Shown here one piece after another: positions 17,104 through 28,271 of a DNA stretch of 64,000 bases (its first letter is position 1; each line of letters starts with the position of its first letter). The stretch lies in the NCBI GenBank assembly GCA_017561935.1, contig JAFZBE010000043.1, positions 1,982 to 65,981 of the forward strand, read 5' to 3'. This DNA is from Bacteroidales bacterium. GTDB taxonomy: Bacteria; Bacteroidota; Bacteroidia; Bacteroidales; UBA3663. The position numbers and the translations under genes were made by a program. Under the pieces are notes generated by a model, which did no database searches, was not told the DNA's origin, and was given only the letters and a program-made list of their open reading frames with translations.

Positions 17104-18873
17104 TTAGGAATCGCTGAAACGGCCTAACTGTCGCACATATTGAACAAACTGCTCCTTCGGAACGATTGCTTTGTTGCGTATCTTGAGGCGGTTGTTATAG
17201 ACGGTCTGTGGTGAGACGTGAAGGAACTCGGCGATCTTGACACTGTCGGTGATGCCCAGTCGGACGAGGGCATAGATGCGCAGGTCGGTGTTGAGCAATT
17301 CGCCCTTACGGGGTTCGATGCGTTCCTCGGGTTGCAACAGGTTGTTGAAGTCGGTGATAAAGTCGGGGTAGATATGGAGGAAGAGGGCATCGAAGTTGTG
17401 ATAAAACTCCTTGAGCTCGTCCTGCACAAGCGTGGTCTTCTCGGTCATCTGGAGCACCTCGTCGTAAAGCTTCACCTTGGTCTTGCGGTTGATGTTCTTG
17501 CGGTATTCGTCCATCTTGCTGATGTAGTTGGAGCAAAGCGAGAAGACATAGCCGACATACTCCTCCTTGACGTAGTTCGACTCCTGGAGTTCGCGGTTGA
17601 CTTCGGCCTGCTGCTCCATGGCGGCCTGCAGCTTACGATTGGCTTCGGTGAGCTCGGCATTGGCATGGGTAAGTGCCGCACGGTGCTCGCTGAGTTGCAT
17701 GTTGGTGACCTCGAGCTGGCTACGGCTCTGGCTGAGCTTTCGGCGCTGACGCCAGCCCATGATGACGGCCACGAGGAGGATAACGAAGAGGATGGCCAAG
17801 ATCCAGGTGATGGCCTGCTGGCGGCGCTGCTGTTCGGACACTCGCTCACGATAGCTGGCGAGGATGTCGTCCATCACACGGGCGATGCTCACCGTGCGCA
17901 CCAGGTTGTTGTAGATGCGCGACGTTTCGAGGCAGACATTGATATAAGTATAAGCGCGCGACAGATCGACAGCACTCTGATCCTTTGACCCGAACAGGCC
18001 ATGACCACGCCGCGAATCGCGCTGAGAGATGTCGTAAAGGACGGAGGAGAGTTCCTCGAGAGAAGCGATATCCTGGTTGGCGGCACGGAGGTCGGCAATA
18101 CCCGAACGCGCCATGTACTGCAGGTAGAGGTCCTCGTCGTCCTGCTCCTGGTACATGCGAGCCAGACAATAGGCCAACATCGCATCGTGACGGGTGGTGA
18201 GCTTCAAGGTATCGACGACAGGGCGGAGCGCCAGGATGGCCTCATGCCCATTGCCCACACTGTAGGCACGCCACGACTGCCACCAGAGATAGTTGTCGTC
18301 GGTGGGCTCCATGATCTGATAGATGGAATCGGTGTAGGTCCACGCCTGTTGCTGGTAAGCCTCCTTCATGGGTTCGGACCACGAGTACTGTGCGAGGTGG
18401 GAATAGAGATACTCCTGCTGGGCATAGTAGTCGAGCCGGAGATGACGGTCCAACAGACTCGGCTTCAGGCCCTCCAAGGCATTGGTAGCCTCAAGCAACT
18501 GACCCGTGGAAGCCAAGATGAAACTGCGCTGTATCTGCCACTCGGCCATGCCATGGGCATCGTGACGCTGGCTGGCAATCTGCAGGTTGGCATCGACCAG
18601 ACTCATGGCCAACTCGCTGTCGAAAGTAAAGCATTCGTCATAGATGGTACGGTTGAGCTGATACAGTTCCTCGACATCACTCATGCCGCGCTGCATAGTC
18701 TGCATCTGCTGCAGACGATGGCGCTTCTGCTCGTTGATATGCTCACGCTGCTGCACAACGGAGTCCAACCGCTGAAGCCAACGTTCCGACTCGTCGTTAT
18801 ATGCGTACCCTCTTGCAGATGCAAGCAAAATGGCGAGAAAAATTAATAAAAAGATGTGCCTCTGGTGATTCAT
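17104..18873 (-). CDS. PUL-linked single-pass membrane regulator: TPR-like sensor, coiled coil and C-terminal HTH (DUF6377-like)
   Basis: N-terminal signal/TM MNHQRHIFLLIFLAILLA. Internal TM ITWILAILFVILLVAVIMGW. C-terminal LGITDSVKIAEFLHVSPQTVYNNRLKIRNKA. Start moved to 18873, with a TAtcTTCG-like box just upstream. Confidence 0.6.
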   Translation of the reverse strand: MNHQRHIFLLIFLAILLASARGYAYNDESERWLQRLDSVVQQREHINEQKRHRLQQMQTMQRGMSDVEELYQLNRTIYDECFTFDSELAMSLVDANLQIASQRHDAHGMAEWQIQRSFILASTGQLLEATNALEGLKPSLLDRHLRLDYYAQQEYLYSHLAQYSWSEPMKEAYQQQAWTYTDSIYQIMEPTDDNYLWWQSWRAYSVGNGHEAILALRPVVDTLKLTTRHDAMLAYCLARMYQEQDDEDLYLQYMARSGIADLRAANQDIASLEELSSVLYDISQRDSRRGHGLFGSKDQSAVDLSRAYTYINVCLETSRIYNNLVRTVSIARVMDDILASYRERVSEQQRRQQAITWILAILFVILLVAVIMGWRQRRKLSQSRSQLEVTNMQLSEHRAALTHANAELTEANRKLQAAMEQQAEVNRELQESNYVKEEYVGYVFSLCSNYISKMDEYRKNINRKTKVKLYDEVLQMTEKTTLVQDELKEFYHNFDALFLHIYPDFITDFNNLLQPEERIEPRKGELLNTDLRIYALVRLGITDSVKIAEFLHVSPQTVYNNRLKIRNKAIVPKEQFVQYVRQLGRFSDS

Positions 18874-19175
18874 TTGTGTGTCATAGTAATCAATAGACGG
18901 TGCGAAGATACGAACAATTTTCGAGTCGGCCAAATTTTCGGTCCATTTTTTGAAATTTTTGGAAATCTTTTACGCCAGAATCAAGAATATATCGCATCAT
19001 TTTGAAAAAGAAAAAACTTATTATTTGTTAATATTTGTACATTTCAGATGTTATAATTGTACCAATTCGGAAAATAAATAATAAAATAATCCTAATTTTA
19101 TCTCAACGAATTGCAAAAATCATTAAATATTCTCATATTTGCACCTTGGAAAATAAATTCCAGCCAAACAAAAAA

Positions 19176-20843
19176 ATGATTGAACGGTTTCTGAATCAGA
19201 CGGAGTTTTCGAGTTACGAAGACTTCATGCAACACTACAAGCTCATCGTTCCGGAGCATTTCAACTTCGGCTATGACGTCATCGATGCCTACGCAGAGGA
19301 GCAACCCGAGAAAGATGCCATCCTATGGACCAATGACCAAGGCGAGGTGAAGCATCTGAACTACCGAGACTACAAGAGACTCTCGGACAAGACGGCAAGT
19401 TACCTTTTGACGCTCGGCATACATCGTGGCGATACCGTCATGCTCATCCTGAAGCGCCGTCTGGCGTGGTGGATCACGATGGTAGCGCTGCATAAGATCG
19501 GAGCCGTGGCCATCCCTGCCACCCACCTTCTGACCGACAAGGACATCATCTATCGCTGCCATGAGGCCAACATCAAGGCCATCATTGCCGTGGGTGAATT
19601 CGACATCCTGCGCAACGTGATTGGTGCACGCGCGTTCTGTTCGTCACTTGAACATTGTATCTCGATAGGACCCAGGGTACCGCGAGGATGGGATAATTTC
19701 TGGAAAGGTCTGTTCGATGCTCCCGACTTCGTGAGCCAAAAAGGACAGAACCTGGCCACCGACAATTTCCTGATGTACTTCACCAGCGGCACTTCAGGCG
19801 AGCCGAAGATGGTGATGCATGACTACACCTATCCCCTAGCCCACATCCTCACGGCCAAATACTGGCACAACGTACATGAGGGCAGCCTGCACCTTACCCT
19901 CGCCGACACGGGATGGGGCAAGGCCGTGTGGGGCAAGTTCTACGGCCAGATGATTTCGGGTGCCACCGTCTTTGTGTATGACTTCGAAGGACACTTCGAA
20001 CCTGCCAACCTGTTGAAGATGATGCAGGACTTCCATGTCACCTCGTTCTGCGCACCGCCTACGGTCTATCGATTCCTGATTCGCGAAGACCTCTCGAAGT
20101 ATGATCTCAGTTCCCTGGAATACTGCACTACAGCAGGCGAAGCCCTCAACCCCAATGTGTTTCTGGAATGGAAGGAGAAGACGGGTATCATGATTTGCGA
20201 GAGCTATGGACAGACCGAGACGACACTCGTGCTGGGCACTTATCCCTACGTGAAGCCTGAACCAGGATCGATGGGTGTGCCCAATCCGCAATTCAAGGTT
20301 GACGTACTCGACAGCGAAGGCAACAGGTGCAAACCGATGGAGCACGGACAACTGGTGATACGCACGGACGATGGCAAGCCCTACGGCCTCTTCAAGGAAT
20401 ATTACCTCAATCCTGCACTGACGCAGAAAGCGTACAACAACAACATCTATTACACGGGAGATGTGGTCTATTACGACGAGAAAGGCTATTACTGGTTCGT
20501 GTCGCGTGCCGACGACGTGATCAAGAGCTCGGGATACCGCATCGGTCCCTTTGAGGTCGAGTCGGCCCTAATGACGCACAAGGCCGTGGTGGAATGTGCC
20601 ATCACAGGCGTGCCTGACGAAATCAGAGGCATGGTGGTAAAGGCTACCATCGTGCTGGCAGCGGAATACAAGCAGAAAGCCGGTCCGCGACTGGTGAAGG
20701 AGCTACAGGACCACGTGAAGCATGAGACGGCTCCCTACAAGTACCCTCGTGTCATCGAGTTTGTAGATGAACTGCCCAAGACCATCAGCGGAAAGATCCG
20801 TCGCGTGGAGATTCGCGAACATGATTGCCTTCCGAAGGGTTAG
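19176..20843 (+). CDS. AMP-binding acyl-CoA synthetase (medium-chain/acetyl-CoA synthetase-like)
   Basis: YFTSGTSGEPK AMP-binding motif, YYTGD, SGKIRR near the C-terminus. Start moved to MIERFLNQ because the track's N-terminal extension is AT-rich junk. Confidence 0.88.
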   Translation: MIERFLNQTEFSSYEDFMQHYKLIVPEHFNFGYDVIDAYAEEQPEKDAILWTNDQGEVKHLNYRDYKRLSDKTASYLLTLGIHRGDTVMLILKRRLAWWITMVALHKIGAVAIPATHLLTDKDIIYRCHEANIKAIIAVGEFDILRNVIGARAFCSSLEHCISIGPRVPRGWDNFWKGLFDAPDFVSQKGQNLATDNFLMYFTSGTSGEPKMVMHDYTYPLAHILTAKYWHNVHEGSLHLTLADTGWGKAVWGKFYGQMISGATVFVYDFEGHFEPANLLKMMQDFHVTSFCAPPTVYRFLIREDLSKYDLSSLEYCTTAGEALNPNVFLEWKEKTGIMICESYGQTETTLVLGTYPYVKPEPGSMGVPNPQFKVDVLDSEGNRCKPMEHGQLVIRTDDGKPYGLFKEYYLNPALTQKAYNNNIYYTGDVVYYDEKGYYWFVSRADDVIKSSGYRIGPFEVESALMTHKAVVECAITGVPDEIRGMVVKATIVLAAEYKQKAGPRLVKELQDHVKHETAPYKYPRVIEFVDELPKTISGKIRRVEIREHDCLPKG

Positions 20844-20907
20844 GAGCTCGGACTGAGGGAGAAGCGTTTTTTTGACGTGCTAAGATAGCGATTTTTGCAC
20901 AAATATA

Positions 20908-20946
20908 AGAATTTAGGTCAGTTTTTTGACCTAAATTCTGTTTTTA
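20908..20946 (+). terminator. rho-independent terminator
   Basis: GAATTTAGGTC-loop-GACCTAAATTC followed by TGTTTTT. Confidence 0.65.
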
Positions 20947-20972
20947 AAATGAGGTTTCGAAAAATTATTTGT

Positions 20973-20980
20973 ATATTTGC
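20973..20980 (+). promoter_or_regulatory. -7 box TAtaTTTG upstream of the fumarase gene
   Basis: Exact TAnnTTTG match, ~50 nt upstream of the ATG at 21032. Confidence 0.5.
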
Positions 20981-21031
20981 ACATCATTATAATCCAAATA
21001 CCATCACTCATCTATTTTAATTGTAAAAGTT

Positions 21032-22681
21032 ATGGCAAACGTTCCCTTTAAGTATGCGCCTATGTTCCAGATGGGCGAAGACAAGACCGAATACCGCCTC
21101 CTTACCAAGGAGGGTGTAACCGTGAGCACTTTCGAAGGCCATGAAATCGTGAAAGTATCGAAGGAAGCCTTGACTCTGCTTGCCCAGCAGGCGTTCCACG
21201 ATGTGGAGTTCATGCTGCGTCGAGAGCACAACCTGCAGGTAGCCAAGATCCTCCAGGATCCCGAAGCTTCAGAGAACGACAAGTATGTGGCACTGCAGTT
21301 CCTCCGCAATGCCGAGACTTCGGTCAAGGGCATCCTCCCCTTCTGCCAGGATACCGGCACCGCCATCATCCATGGCGAAAAAGGCCAGCAGGTATGGACC
21401 GGATTCGAAGATGAAGAGGCCTTGAGCCTTGGTGTATATAACACCTATACAGAGGACAACCTGCGCTATTCGCAGAATGCTCCGCTGAACATGTATGACG
21501 AAGTCAACACTCGCTGCAACCTGCCTGCACAGATCGATATCGAAGCTGTAGAGGGCGCCGAGTACCGTTTCGTCATGGTAGCCAAGGGTGGCGGCTCGGC
21601 CAACAAGACCTACTTCTACCCCATGACCAAGGCCACCATCCAAAACGAAGGCACGCTGCTGCCATTCCTCGTTGAGGAGATGAAGCACCTGGGCACTGCA
21701 GCCTGTCCTCCTTACCATATCGCATTTGTCATCGGTGGCACTTCGGCCGAGAAGAACCTCTTGACCGTGAAGCTGGCTTCGATCAAGTATTACGACAACC
21801 TGCCCACGACAGGCGATGCTACAGGACGTGCATTCCGCGACATCGACCTCGAGCAGAAGTTGCTCAAGGAGGCCTTCAAGATCGGACTGGGCGCACAGTT
21901 TGGCGGCAAGTACCTGGCTCACGACATCCGCGTGATACGTCTGCCACGCCATGGTGCCAGCTGCCCCATCGGTATGGGCGTAAGCTGCTCGGCCGACCGC
22001 AACATCAAGGCGAAGATCAACAAGGACGGTATCTGGCTTGAGAAGATGGATGACAATCCGGCTGAACTCATTCCAGAAGAATACCGCAACCCAGGCGAAG
22101 GTGGCAAGGGCATCGAGATTGACCTCGACAAGGGTATTGACGCTGTGCGTGCCGAACTCACCAAGTATCCCGTTTCAACTCGCGTGAACCTCAAGGGCAC
22201 CATCATCGTAGCCCGTGACATTGCACACGCCAAGCTGAAAGCACGCCTCGATGCAGGTGAGGGCATCCCGCAGTACTTCAAGGATCACCCCATCCTCTAT
22301 GCAGGACCCGCCAAGACACCCGCAGGCTATCCTTGCGGCTCGATGGGCCCGACAACAGCCAACCGCATGGATCCCTACGTGGATGAGTTCCAGGCCAATG
22401 GCGCTTCGCTCGTGATGATTGCCAAGGGCAACCGCACGCAGCAGGTTACCGATGCCTGCAAGAAGCACGGAGGCTTCTATCTGGGCACCATCGGCGGCGT
22501 AGCTGCCGTACTGTCGCAGAGCAGCATCAAGTCGATCGAATGTGTTGAGTACCCAGAGCTCGGCATGGAGGCCATCTGGAAGATCACCGTCGAAGACTTC
22601 CCCGCATTCATCCTCGTGGACGACAAGGGCAACGACTTCTTCAAGCAGCTGAAGCCCTGTGCAGGATGCACGATCCTGTAA
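21032..22681 (+). CDS. class I (Fe-S) fumarate hydratase
   Basis: 549 aa, the size of fused alpha/beta class I fumarases. Conserved CQDTGTAI motif. Confidence 0.88.
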   Translation: MANVPFKYAPMFQMGEDKTEYRLLTKEGVTVSTFEGHEIVKVSKEALTLLAQQAFHDVEFMLRREHNLQVAKILQDPEASENDKYVALQFLRNAETSVKGILPFCQDTGTAIIHGEKGQQVWTGFEDEEALSLGVYNTYTEDNLRYSQNAPLNMYDEVNTRCNLPAQIDIEAVEGAEYRFVMVAKGGGSANKTYFYPMTKATIQNEGTLLPFLVEEMKHLGTAACPPYHIAFVIGGTSAEKNLLTVKLASIKYYDNLPTTGDATGRAFRDIDLEQKLLKEAFKIGLGAQFGGKYLAHDIRVIRLPRHGASCPIGMGVSCSADRNIKAKINKDGIWLEKMDDNPAELIPEEYRNPGEGGKGIEIDLDKGIDAVRAELTKYPVSTRVNLKGTIIVARDIAHAKLKARLDAGEGIPQYFKDHPILYAGPAKTPAGYPCGSMGPTTANRMDPYVDEFQANGASLVMIAKGNRTQQVTDACKKHGGFYLGTIGGVAAVLSQSSIKSIECVEYPELGMEAIWKITVEDFPAFILVDDKGNDFFKQLKPCAGCTIL

Positions 22682-22700
22682 GACGTAACCCCTCATAGAT

Positions 22701-22738
22701 TAGCCCCGCACCAACAAAGGTGCGGGGCTAATTGTTTC
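22701..22738 (+). terminator. rho-independent terminator
   Basis: TAGCCCCGCACC-AACAAA-GGTGCGGGGCTA followed by ATTGTTT. Confidence 0.7.
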
Positions 22739-22744
22739 AAGGGA

Positions 22745-22779
22745 ATCTAGATAATCTAGAATTTCTAGAGAATCTAGAG
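22745..22779. repeat. four TCTAGA palindromes phased every 9 bp
   Basis: TCTAGA at 22746, 22755, 22764 and 22773 (AATCTAGAN x4), in the convergent intergenic gap. Confidence 0.9.
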
Positions 22780-22788
22780 GAACCAGGT

Positions 22789-25284
22789 CTATTTTGTTGT
22801 CAACTTGAGCTGGGCAGGTTTCATGCCTGAGCAGGTGATCTTGACGGTGACGGGACCGGCAGAACGTGTAGAACGCAGGATGCCGAGCATGAAGCCCGAC
22901 TTGAGTGGCTTGCTGGTAATGTCGGAGGTGAAGAGCAGGTCGGTGTAGTGATCGACATTGTCGAGACAATAGAGCGAAGCGGCACCATTGACCTCAAAGG
23001 TCACGTCTCCGGAAGCATCGAACACACGATGACCTTTGCTATCGACAGCCCACACCTTGATGTACTGCAAATCCATGCCGTCGGCTTTCCAGTCATTGGG
23101 TGTCTCGGCTTCTGCACGAAGTGCCACAGCGCGGCCCGTCGTTTCGATCTGATGACGGGAAACTTCCTTGCCATCGTTGTACCCAACAGCCACCAGCTTG
23201 CCTTTTGCGAAAGTTACATCAGGCCATTGGATGATATGTTTCTTGGAGTTAGGCATCCCCACATCGTACTTGTCAAGGCCCTCGTTGCTCGTCCAAAGGT
23301 TGTTTGGCTTACGACCCAGACTCTTGCCATTGAGCAGGAGCTCCACCTCCTCGCAGTTGCTGAAGGTGTAGATGGTCTGCGTAGAGCCTTCGGCCTTGTT
23401 CCAGTTCTCGTCGAGGCGCAGACTGCCAACCTGAACATCATTCCAGTTGACACTTTCGCCTTCACCAGCATTGACGGCGATGCGGACGAGCGGCTCATCG
23501 GGAACAAAGGCACTCTTGATGAGATATGCGGTGGGATAAGGATTCAGTGCAGTATCGAAGAAAGAGTAGTTCCAACCCTTCTTGGGCCATTTGTTGGATT
23601 CCCCCCAATACTCGACGGCACCCCAATAGGCAAGGCCGACCATCTTGTCGCGATCCATGTTGAAGAATCCCCAAAGGAACTGCGATGTCTGGCATTCACT
23701 CTGGAACAGTATCATGTCGGGGTTATGCTGGAGGTACTCACTATAGCAGTTGCTCTGGTAGTTGAAGGAAGAGACCTCGGTGACCTGTGCCAACTCGGGG
23801 GCAACACAATGCTCCATGTCGCTGCCATCAGGTTCCTTGCGAAGACCACCGGCACGCGAAGGGAACATGGCGACTGTAGTCAGACGCGTATCGTCCCAAC
23901 GCTTCAGGTAGTCGTTGAAAATGCGATAGGTGGTGACACCCCAGTCGTTGGTGTTGAAACCCGACCAATCGTTGCGCGTCTGCAGCTCATTGCCAAGGCT
24001 CCAAAGAATCACCGATGGGCAGTTGCGGTCACGCTTCACCCACTCGGGGATGAGCTGGTGCCATACGCTGGTGAAAGGCTTACGGCCTCCCCAATAATCA
24101 TTGTCGCTCCACTTGTCGATCAGTTCATCGACCACAAGCATGCCTACCCTATCGGCAATACGAGTGAACGACTCGCTATAAGGGTTGTGCGAACAACGGA
24201 TACAGTTATAGCCAAAAGCCTTGGCTTGCAGCATCAGTCGCTCAATACCACGATCGAAGGAAGCTACGCCGAGGCCACCCATGTCGTGATGATTGGCCAT
24301 GCCCTGAAGGAACACCTTTCGACCATTGAGTATGAAGCCAAAGTCCTTCGAGAACTCTATCTTACGGATGCCAAACGTCTCGACAAGGCTGTCGGCAGTG
24401 ACACCGTCGGCAGTGACTACCACTTCAGCAGTGTAGAGATTCGGCATATCTAAGTCCCATAGCTGTGGGGTAGTCAAGGTCACGGGGTCGAGTTTCACCT
24501 CACTGCGCTGTTGATGCGTGAACTGCGGCATTTGGCCTTTCGTCTCGGCAACGACGTTACCTTGAGGATCACGTATGAGGGCCTGGACACTGGCATTATG
24601 CTTCTGCCACCCATCCACCTCGACTTGCAGTTGCACCGTGGCAGCCTCGGCCGACACTTCAGGCGTCGTGATGTAAACGCCATGACGAGCAATGTGTGTC
24701 GGATTCTTTACCTGAAGATAAACATCGCGGAAGAGACCGCCGCCCGTGTACCAACGGGAGCCCTTCGAAGGCCCAGTAGAAGCATAGACGGCCACCACAT
24801 TGAGCGTGTCATAACGCAGATATCTTGTGATATCGGCCTCGAAGCCCACGTAGCCATATTCGGTCGAAGCAACCTTACGGCCATTCATGTACACATCTCC
24901 ATAGAAAATCAATCCTCCAAAGTCGAGGCTCACCTTGCGGTTCTTCCAAACCTCGTCAGCCTTGAAGGTCTTGCGATACCAGCCATCGCACATCGGCTTG
25001 AAGCCGCGTGCACCGCCAGCACTTTCGTCCCACGGCTGTTCGAACTGGAAATCATGAGGCAGATCGACAGTACACCAAGCAGAATCGTCGTAAGCGGGGT
25101 TCTCGGCACCCTCCTGCGTACCCAACTGGAACTTCCAGTCGAAGTTGAAGAGCTGGTGCTGATAAGCTGCAAAGGCAGAGACTGGGATATTGGCAACGAG
25201 CTTTCGATCCTGCCTATCCACATATTGCGCGGAAAGGGCCATGATGGTGGCCGTAAAAGCCAGAGTGAGGAGTTGTTTCTTCAT
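22789..25284 (-). CDS. glycoside hydrolase family 2 (beta-galactosidase-like), secreted
   Basis: Signal peptide. NCIRCSHNPY and WSLGNE motifs typical of GH2. 831 aa. Confidence 0.85.
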   Translation of the reverse strand: MKKQLLTLAFTATIMALSAQYVDRQDRKLVANIPVSAFAAYQHQLFNFDWKFQLGTQEGAENPAYDDSAWCTVDLPHDFQFEQPWDESAGGARGFKPMCDGWYRKTFKADEVWKNRKVSLDFGGLIFYGDVYMNGRKVASTEYGYVGFEADITRYLRYDTLNVVAVYASTGPSKGSRWYTGGGLFRDVYLQVKNPTHIARHGVYITTPEVSAEAATVQLQVEVDGWQKHNASVQALIRDPQGNVVAETKGQMPQFTHQQRSEVKLDPVTLTTPQLWDLDMPNLYTAEVVVTADGVTADSLVETFGIRKIEFSKDFGFILNGRKVFLQGMANHHDMGGLGVASFDRGIERLMLQAKAFGYNCIRCSHNPYSESFTRIADRVGMLVVDELIDKWSDNDYWGGRKPFTSVWHQLIPEWVKRDRNCPSVILWSLGNELQTRNDWSGFNTNDWGVTTYRIFNDYLKRWDDTRLTTVAMFPSRAGGLRKEPDGSDMEHCVAPELAQVTEVSSFNYQSNCYSEYLQHNPDMILFQSECQTSQFLWGFFNMDRDKMVGLAYWGAVEYWGESNKWPKKGWNYSFFDTALNPYPTAYLIKSAFVPDEPLVRIAVNAGEGESVNWNDVQVGSLRLDENWNKAEGSTQTIYTFSNCEEVELLLNGKSLGRKPNNLWTSNEGLDKYDVGMPNSKKHIIQWPDVTFAKGKLVAVGYNDGKEVSRHQIETTGRAVALRAEAETPNDWKADGMDLQYIKVWAVDSKGHRVFDASGDVTFEVNGAASLYCLDNVDHYTDLLFTSDITSKPLKSGFMLGILRSTRSAGPVTVKITCSGMKPAQLKLTTK

Positions 25285-25356
25285 CGGAGATATTATTGGG
25301 AGATAGTGACTATAGCAGCTAAAGTAACTATAAAGGCTATTGGGGCTATAGTAGTC

Positions 25357-27030
25357 TTAGCTTTCCTGGTCGGCGCGAATGAAGTCGAGCATACGTTGTA
25401 CGGCCTCTTCGGCAGGAATGCCCTTTTGTACGCATTGCTTCCCCTTGTAGAGCGAGACAAGGCCGGGACCGGCACCTACGTAACCATAATCGGCATCGGC
25501 CATCTCGCCAGGGCCGTTGACAATGCAACCCATGACACCAATCTTCAAACCCTTGAGATCCTTGGTCGCCTCCTTGATGCGAGCCAGAGTGGTCTTGAGG
25601 TCGAAAAGGGTGCGGCCACAAGATGGACAGGAGATATACTCTGTCTTGGTGAAACGTGCGCGAGAAGCCTGAAGGATATTGAAGGCAAGATCGACGAGCT
25701 TTTCGGTGGGGAAGTTCACCTGATTGATGATGATACCATCGACGAGCTGGTCGATAAGCATTACTCCGAAATCGGCTGCCGCACAAAGTTGAACCTCCTC
25801 CCACGTATTACAGAACGAGTAATCGCGACTGATGATGACAGGATTGACGCAACCAATCTGACGAATACCAAAGAGGAAAGCACGCCACGCTCCCACAGGA
25901 TTATGATTGTTGGCTCGGGCGATGACGGGGGTCTGAGGATGTTCGAGCAGATATTCGAAGATAGAGTCGTCGGTATTGAGTTCATCAAGGCTGTAATTCA
26001 TCATTCCTGCAATATTGACGTCGGCACCAAACTTCGTGCTTCCGCAAACACAGACAGGCTGACCATCGCCCAACTTACCGACCCTGGTGGACTTGAAGCG
26101 CTGAGGTTCGATGGGATTGTAAAGGTTGAGACCTACATTCGGACCATCCAGGCGCTTATGCAATGCACGTTCCTCGAAATAATGCACCAACTGACATGCT
26201 ACCGGTATTTCTGCCTCAGGATCTTCGGACAGAGAAACTCGGATCGTATCACCTATGCCATCGGCAAGAAGCGCACCGATACCGACAGCCGACTTGATGC
26301 GACCATCCTCGGCATCACCTGCCTCGGTCACACCGAGGTGCAAAGGGAAGTGCATGCCTTCCTTGTCCATCTCCTGCACGAGAAGTCGCACGGTACGGAC
26401 CATGACCGAGGTATTTGAAGCCTTGATGCTGATCACCACATCGGTGAAATCCTGTTCGACACAGATACGCAGGAACTCCATACACGACTCCACCATACCG
26501 GCGGGGGTGTCGCCATAACGTGACATGATACGATCGCTGAGCGAACCATGGTTCACGCCTAAACGGATGGCCGTATGATGTGCCTTGCAGATATTGAGGA
26601 ATGGGATGAAACGTCTGCGAATCTTCTCGATCTCCTGTGCATACTCCTCGTCGGTGAATTCGAGTTTCACGAAGGTGCGACCTGGATCGACATAATTGCC
26701 TGGATTGATACGGACCTTCTCGACCACCTCGGCTGCAACGTCTGCCACCGCAGCATTGAAATGGATATCAGCCACAAGGGGGACATTGTAGCCATCGCGA
26801 TGAATGCCAGCTTCGATCTCCTTGAGCGCAAGTGCTTCCTTCTTGCCCTGTGCCGTGAGGCGAACGATGTCGGCACCCGCATCGACAATACGTTCGATTT
26901 GAGCCACAGAAGCCTCAACATCGTTGGTATTCGTGTTGGTCATCGACTGCACCCGAATCGGATTCTCTCCACCGATGGTAACATTGCCTACGTGGCACTC
27001 GGTGGACTTTCTTCTAATATAGTTGTACAT
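25357..27030 (-). CDS. ispG: 4-hydroxy-3-methylbut-2-enyl diphosphate synthase, long form
   Basis: [21 protein letters not shown]-terminus. Conserved CPSCGRT and GCIVNGPGE motifs. Start chosen at MYNYIRRK (27030), directly after the purE stop. Confidence 0.9.
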   Translation of the reverse strand: MYNYIRRKSTECHVGNVTIGGENPIRVQSMTNTNTNDVEASVAQIERIVDAGADIVRLTAQGKKEALALKEIEAGIHRDGYNVPLVADIHFNAAVADVAAEVVEKVRINPGNYVDPGRTFVKLEFTDEEYAQEIEKIRRRFIPFLNICKAHHTAIRLGVNHGSLSDRIMSRYGDTPAGMVESCMEFLRICVEQDFTDVVISIKASNTSVMVRTVRLLVQEMDKEGMHFPLHLGVTEAGDAEDGRIKSAVGIGALLADGIGDTIRVSLSEDPEAEIPVACQLVHYFEERALHKRLDGPNVGLNLYNPIEPQRFKSTRVGKLGDGQPVCVCGSTKFGADVNIAGMMNYSLDELNTDDSIFEYLLEHPQTPVIARANNHNPVGAWRAFLFGIRQIGCVNPVIISRDYSFCNTWEEVQLCAAADFGVMLIDQLVDGIIINQVNFPTEKLVDLAFNILQASRARFTKTEYISCPSCGRTLFDLKTTLARIKEATKDLKGLKIGVMGCIVNGPGEMADADYGYVGAGPGLVSLYKGKQCVQKGIPAEEAVQRMLDFIRADQES

Positions 27031-27031
27031 A

Positions 27032-27538
27032 TCAGTCACACTTATACTCATACTTGAGCTCAGCGAGCTCCTTATTGGCCTTGACAATCTTCTGGGCCAG
27101 ATTCTTCTTGTATGCGACAAACTTCTCAGCCAAGACGGGATCGCCTACCGAAAGGATCTGGACAGCAAGGATGGCTGCATTCATCGCACCATTGAGGGCA
27201 ACGGTTGCCACGGGGATTCCAGGGGGCATCTGTATCATAGCAAGCAGGGCATCCAAACCTTCAAGGCTGCCTGTAAGAGGCACGCCAATCACAGGAACGG
27301 GAGTGGAAGCCGCTACTACGCCGGCAAGATGTGCTGCCATACCGGCACCAGCAATGATCACCTTGATGCCACGACCGGCAGCACCCGTAGCAAACGCCTC
27401 CACCTCCTTGGGGGTGCGGTGAGCCGAGAGGGCATGCATCTCGAAAGGAACCTGGAACTCGTTGAGAAGATCGGCAGCTTTCTTCATGACCGGAAGGTCA
27501 CTGGTGCTGCCCATGATGATGGAAACAACTGGAGTCAT
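27032..27538 (-). CDS. purE: 5-(carboxyamino)imidazole ribonucleotide mutase
   Basis: [14 protein letters not shown] and [10 protein letters not shown] motifs. An alternative upstream ATG exists at 27553. Confidence 0.88.
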   Translation of the reverse strand: MTPVVSIIMGSTSDLPVMKKAADLLNEFQVPFEMHALSAHRTPKEVEAFATGAAGRGIKVIIAGAGMAAHLAGVVAASTPVPVIGVPLTGSLEGLDALLAMIQMPPGIPVATVALNGAMNAAILAVQILSVGDPVLAEKFVAYKKNLAQKIVKANKELAELKYEYKCD

Positions 27539-27587
27539 ATTGTCAAATAACAATTACAATTAACAATTAACAATTAGCGAATAGTTT

Positions 27588-28262
27588 TTAAAGTGTGAAG
27601 ATATCGGCCAAAAGCATGGAACAAATGCCGAGCAAGGTGCCTGCAGCCACCTGTCCAAGGGTATGACGTCCTAAATACACACGGGTGCTGCACACCATTC
27701 CTACAACAATGACGGCAGCAAGCGGCAGCCACAACGGCATCGACTCGGGGAAAAAGAAAAACAGCATCAGGAAGAAGGTGGCTCCAGCAGCATTGGCGGA
27801 AGCATGGGCCGAAATCTTCCATTTCCAGCTCACAATCCATGCCACAAACGTCAGGATAACCGAACCATAGTAAGGCATCAGTACCCAATCGGGGAGAAAT
27901 CCCGTGCGGGTAAGAACAACGGCATTGACCAGGTAACAGACAAAATTGGTGAAGAATGGCAACATGCGATCGCGACGATCACGCAAAGCCCAATGACCGA
28001 TGGTATTGGTAACATGTAGAAGGGTGATCACCAGAACCGGCATGACCAAGGTGTAGAGGAAGACCATGCCCACAAACCATGCCTTCACCTGGAAAGGCAA
28101 AGCCTTCATCGCGGTGAAGATGCAGATGACCAATGCGGTATAGGTGAGTACCAGCAACGGATGAAAAATGTTGCTGATGGACTGAACAAGGCCTTGATAA
28201 GGCTTGCGGGGCGCTGCTATCTGTGCCTCCTGCTCTTTTCGTATTTGTTCCTGTTGGGTCAT
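27588..28262 (-). CDS. PAP2-family membrane phosphatase
   Basis: Multi-TM protein with SAHASANAAG and RVYLGRHTLGQV, which are PAP2 motifs 2 and 3. Confidence 0.75.
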   Translation of the reverse strand: MTQQEQIRKEQEAQIAAPRKPYQGLVQSISNIFHPLLVLTYTALVICIFTAMKALPFQVKAWFVGMVFLYTLVMPVLVITLLHVTNTIGHWALRDRRDRMLPFFTNFVCYLVNAVVLTRTGFLPDWVLMPYYGSVILTFVAWIVSWKWKISAHASANAAGATFFLMLFFFFPESMPLWLPLAAVIVVGMVCSTRVYLGRHTLGQVAAGTLLGICSMLLADIFTL

Positions 28263-28271
28263 ATCTCTTGA

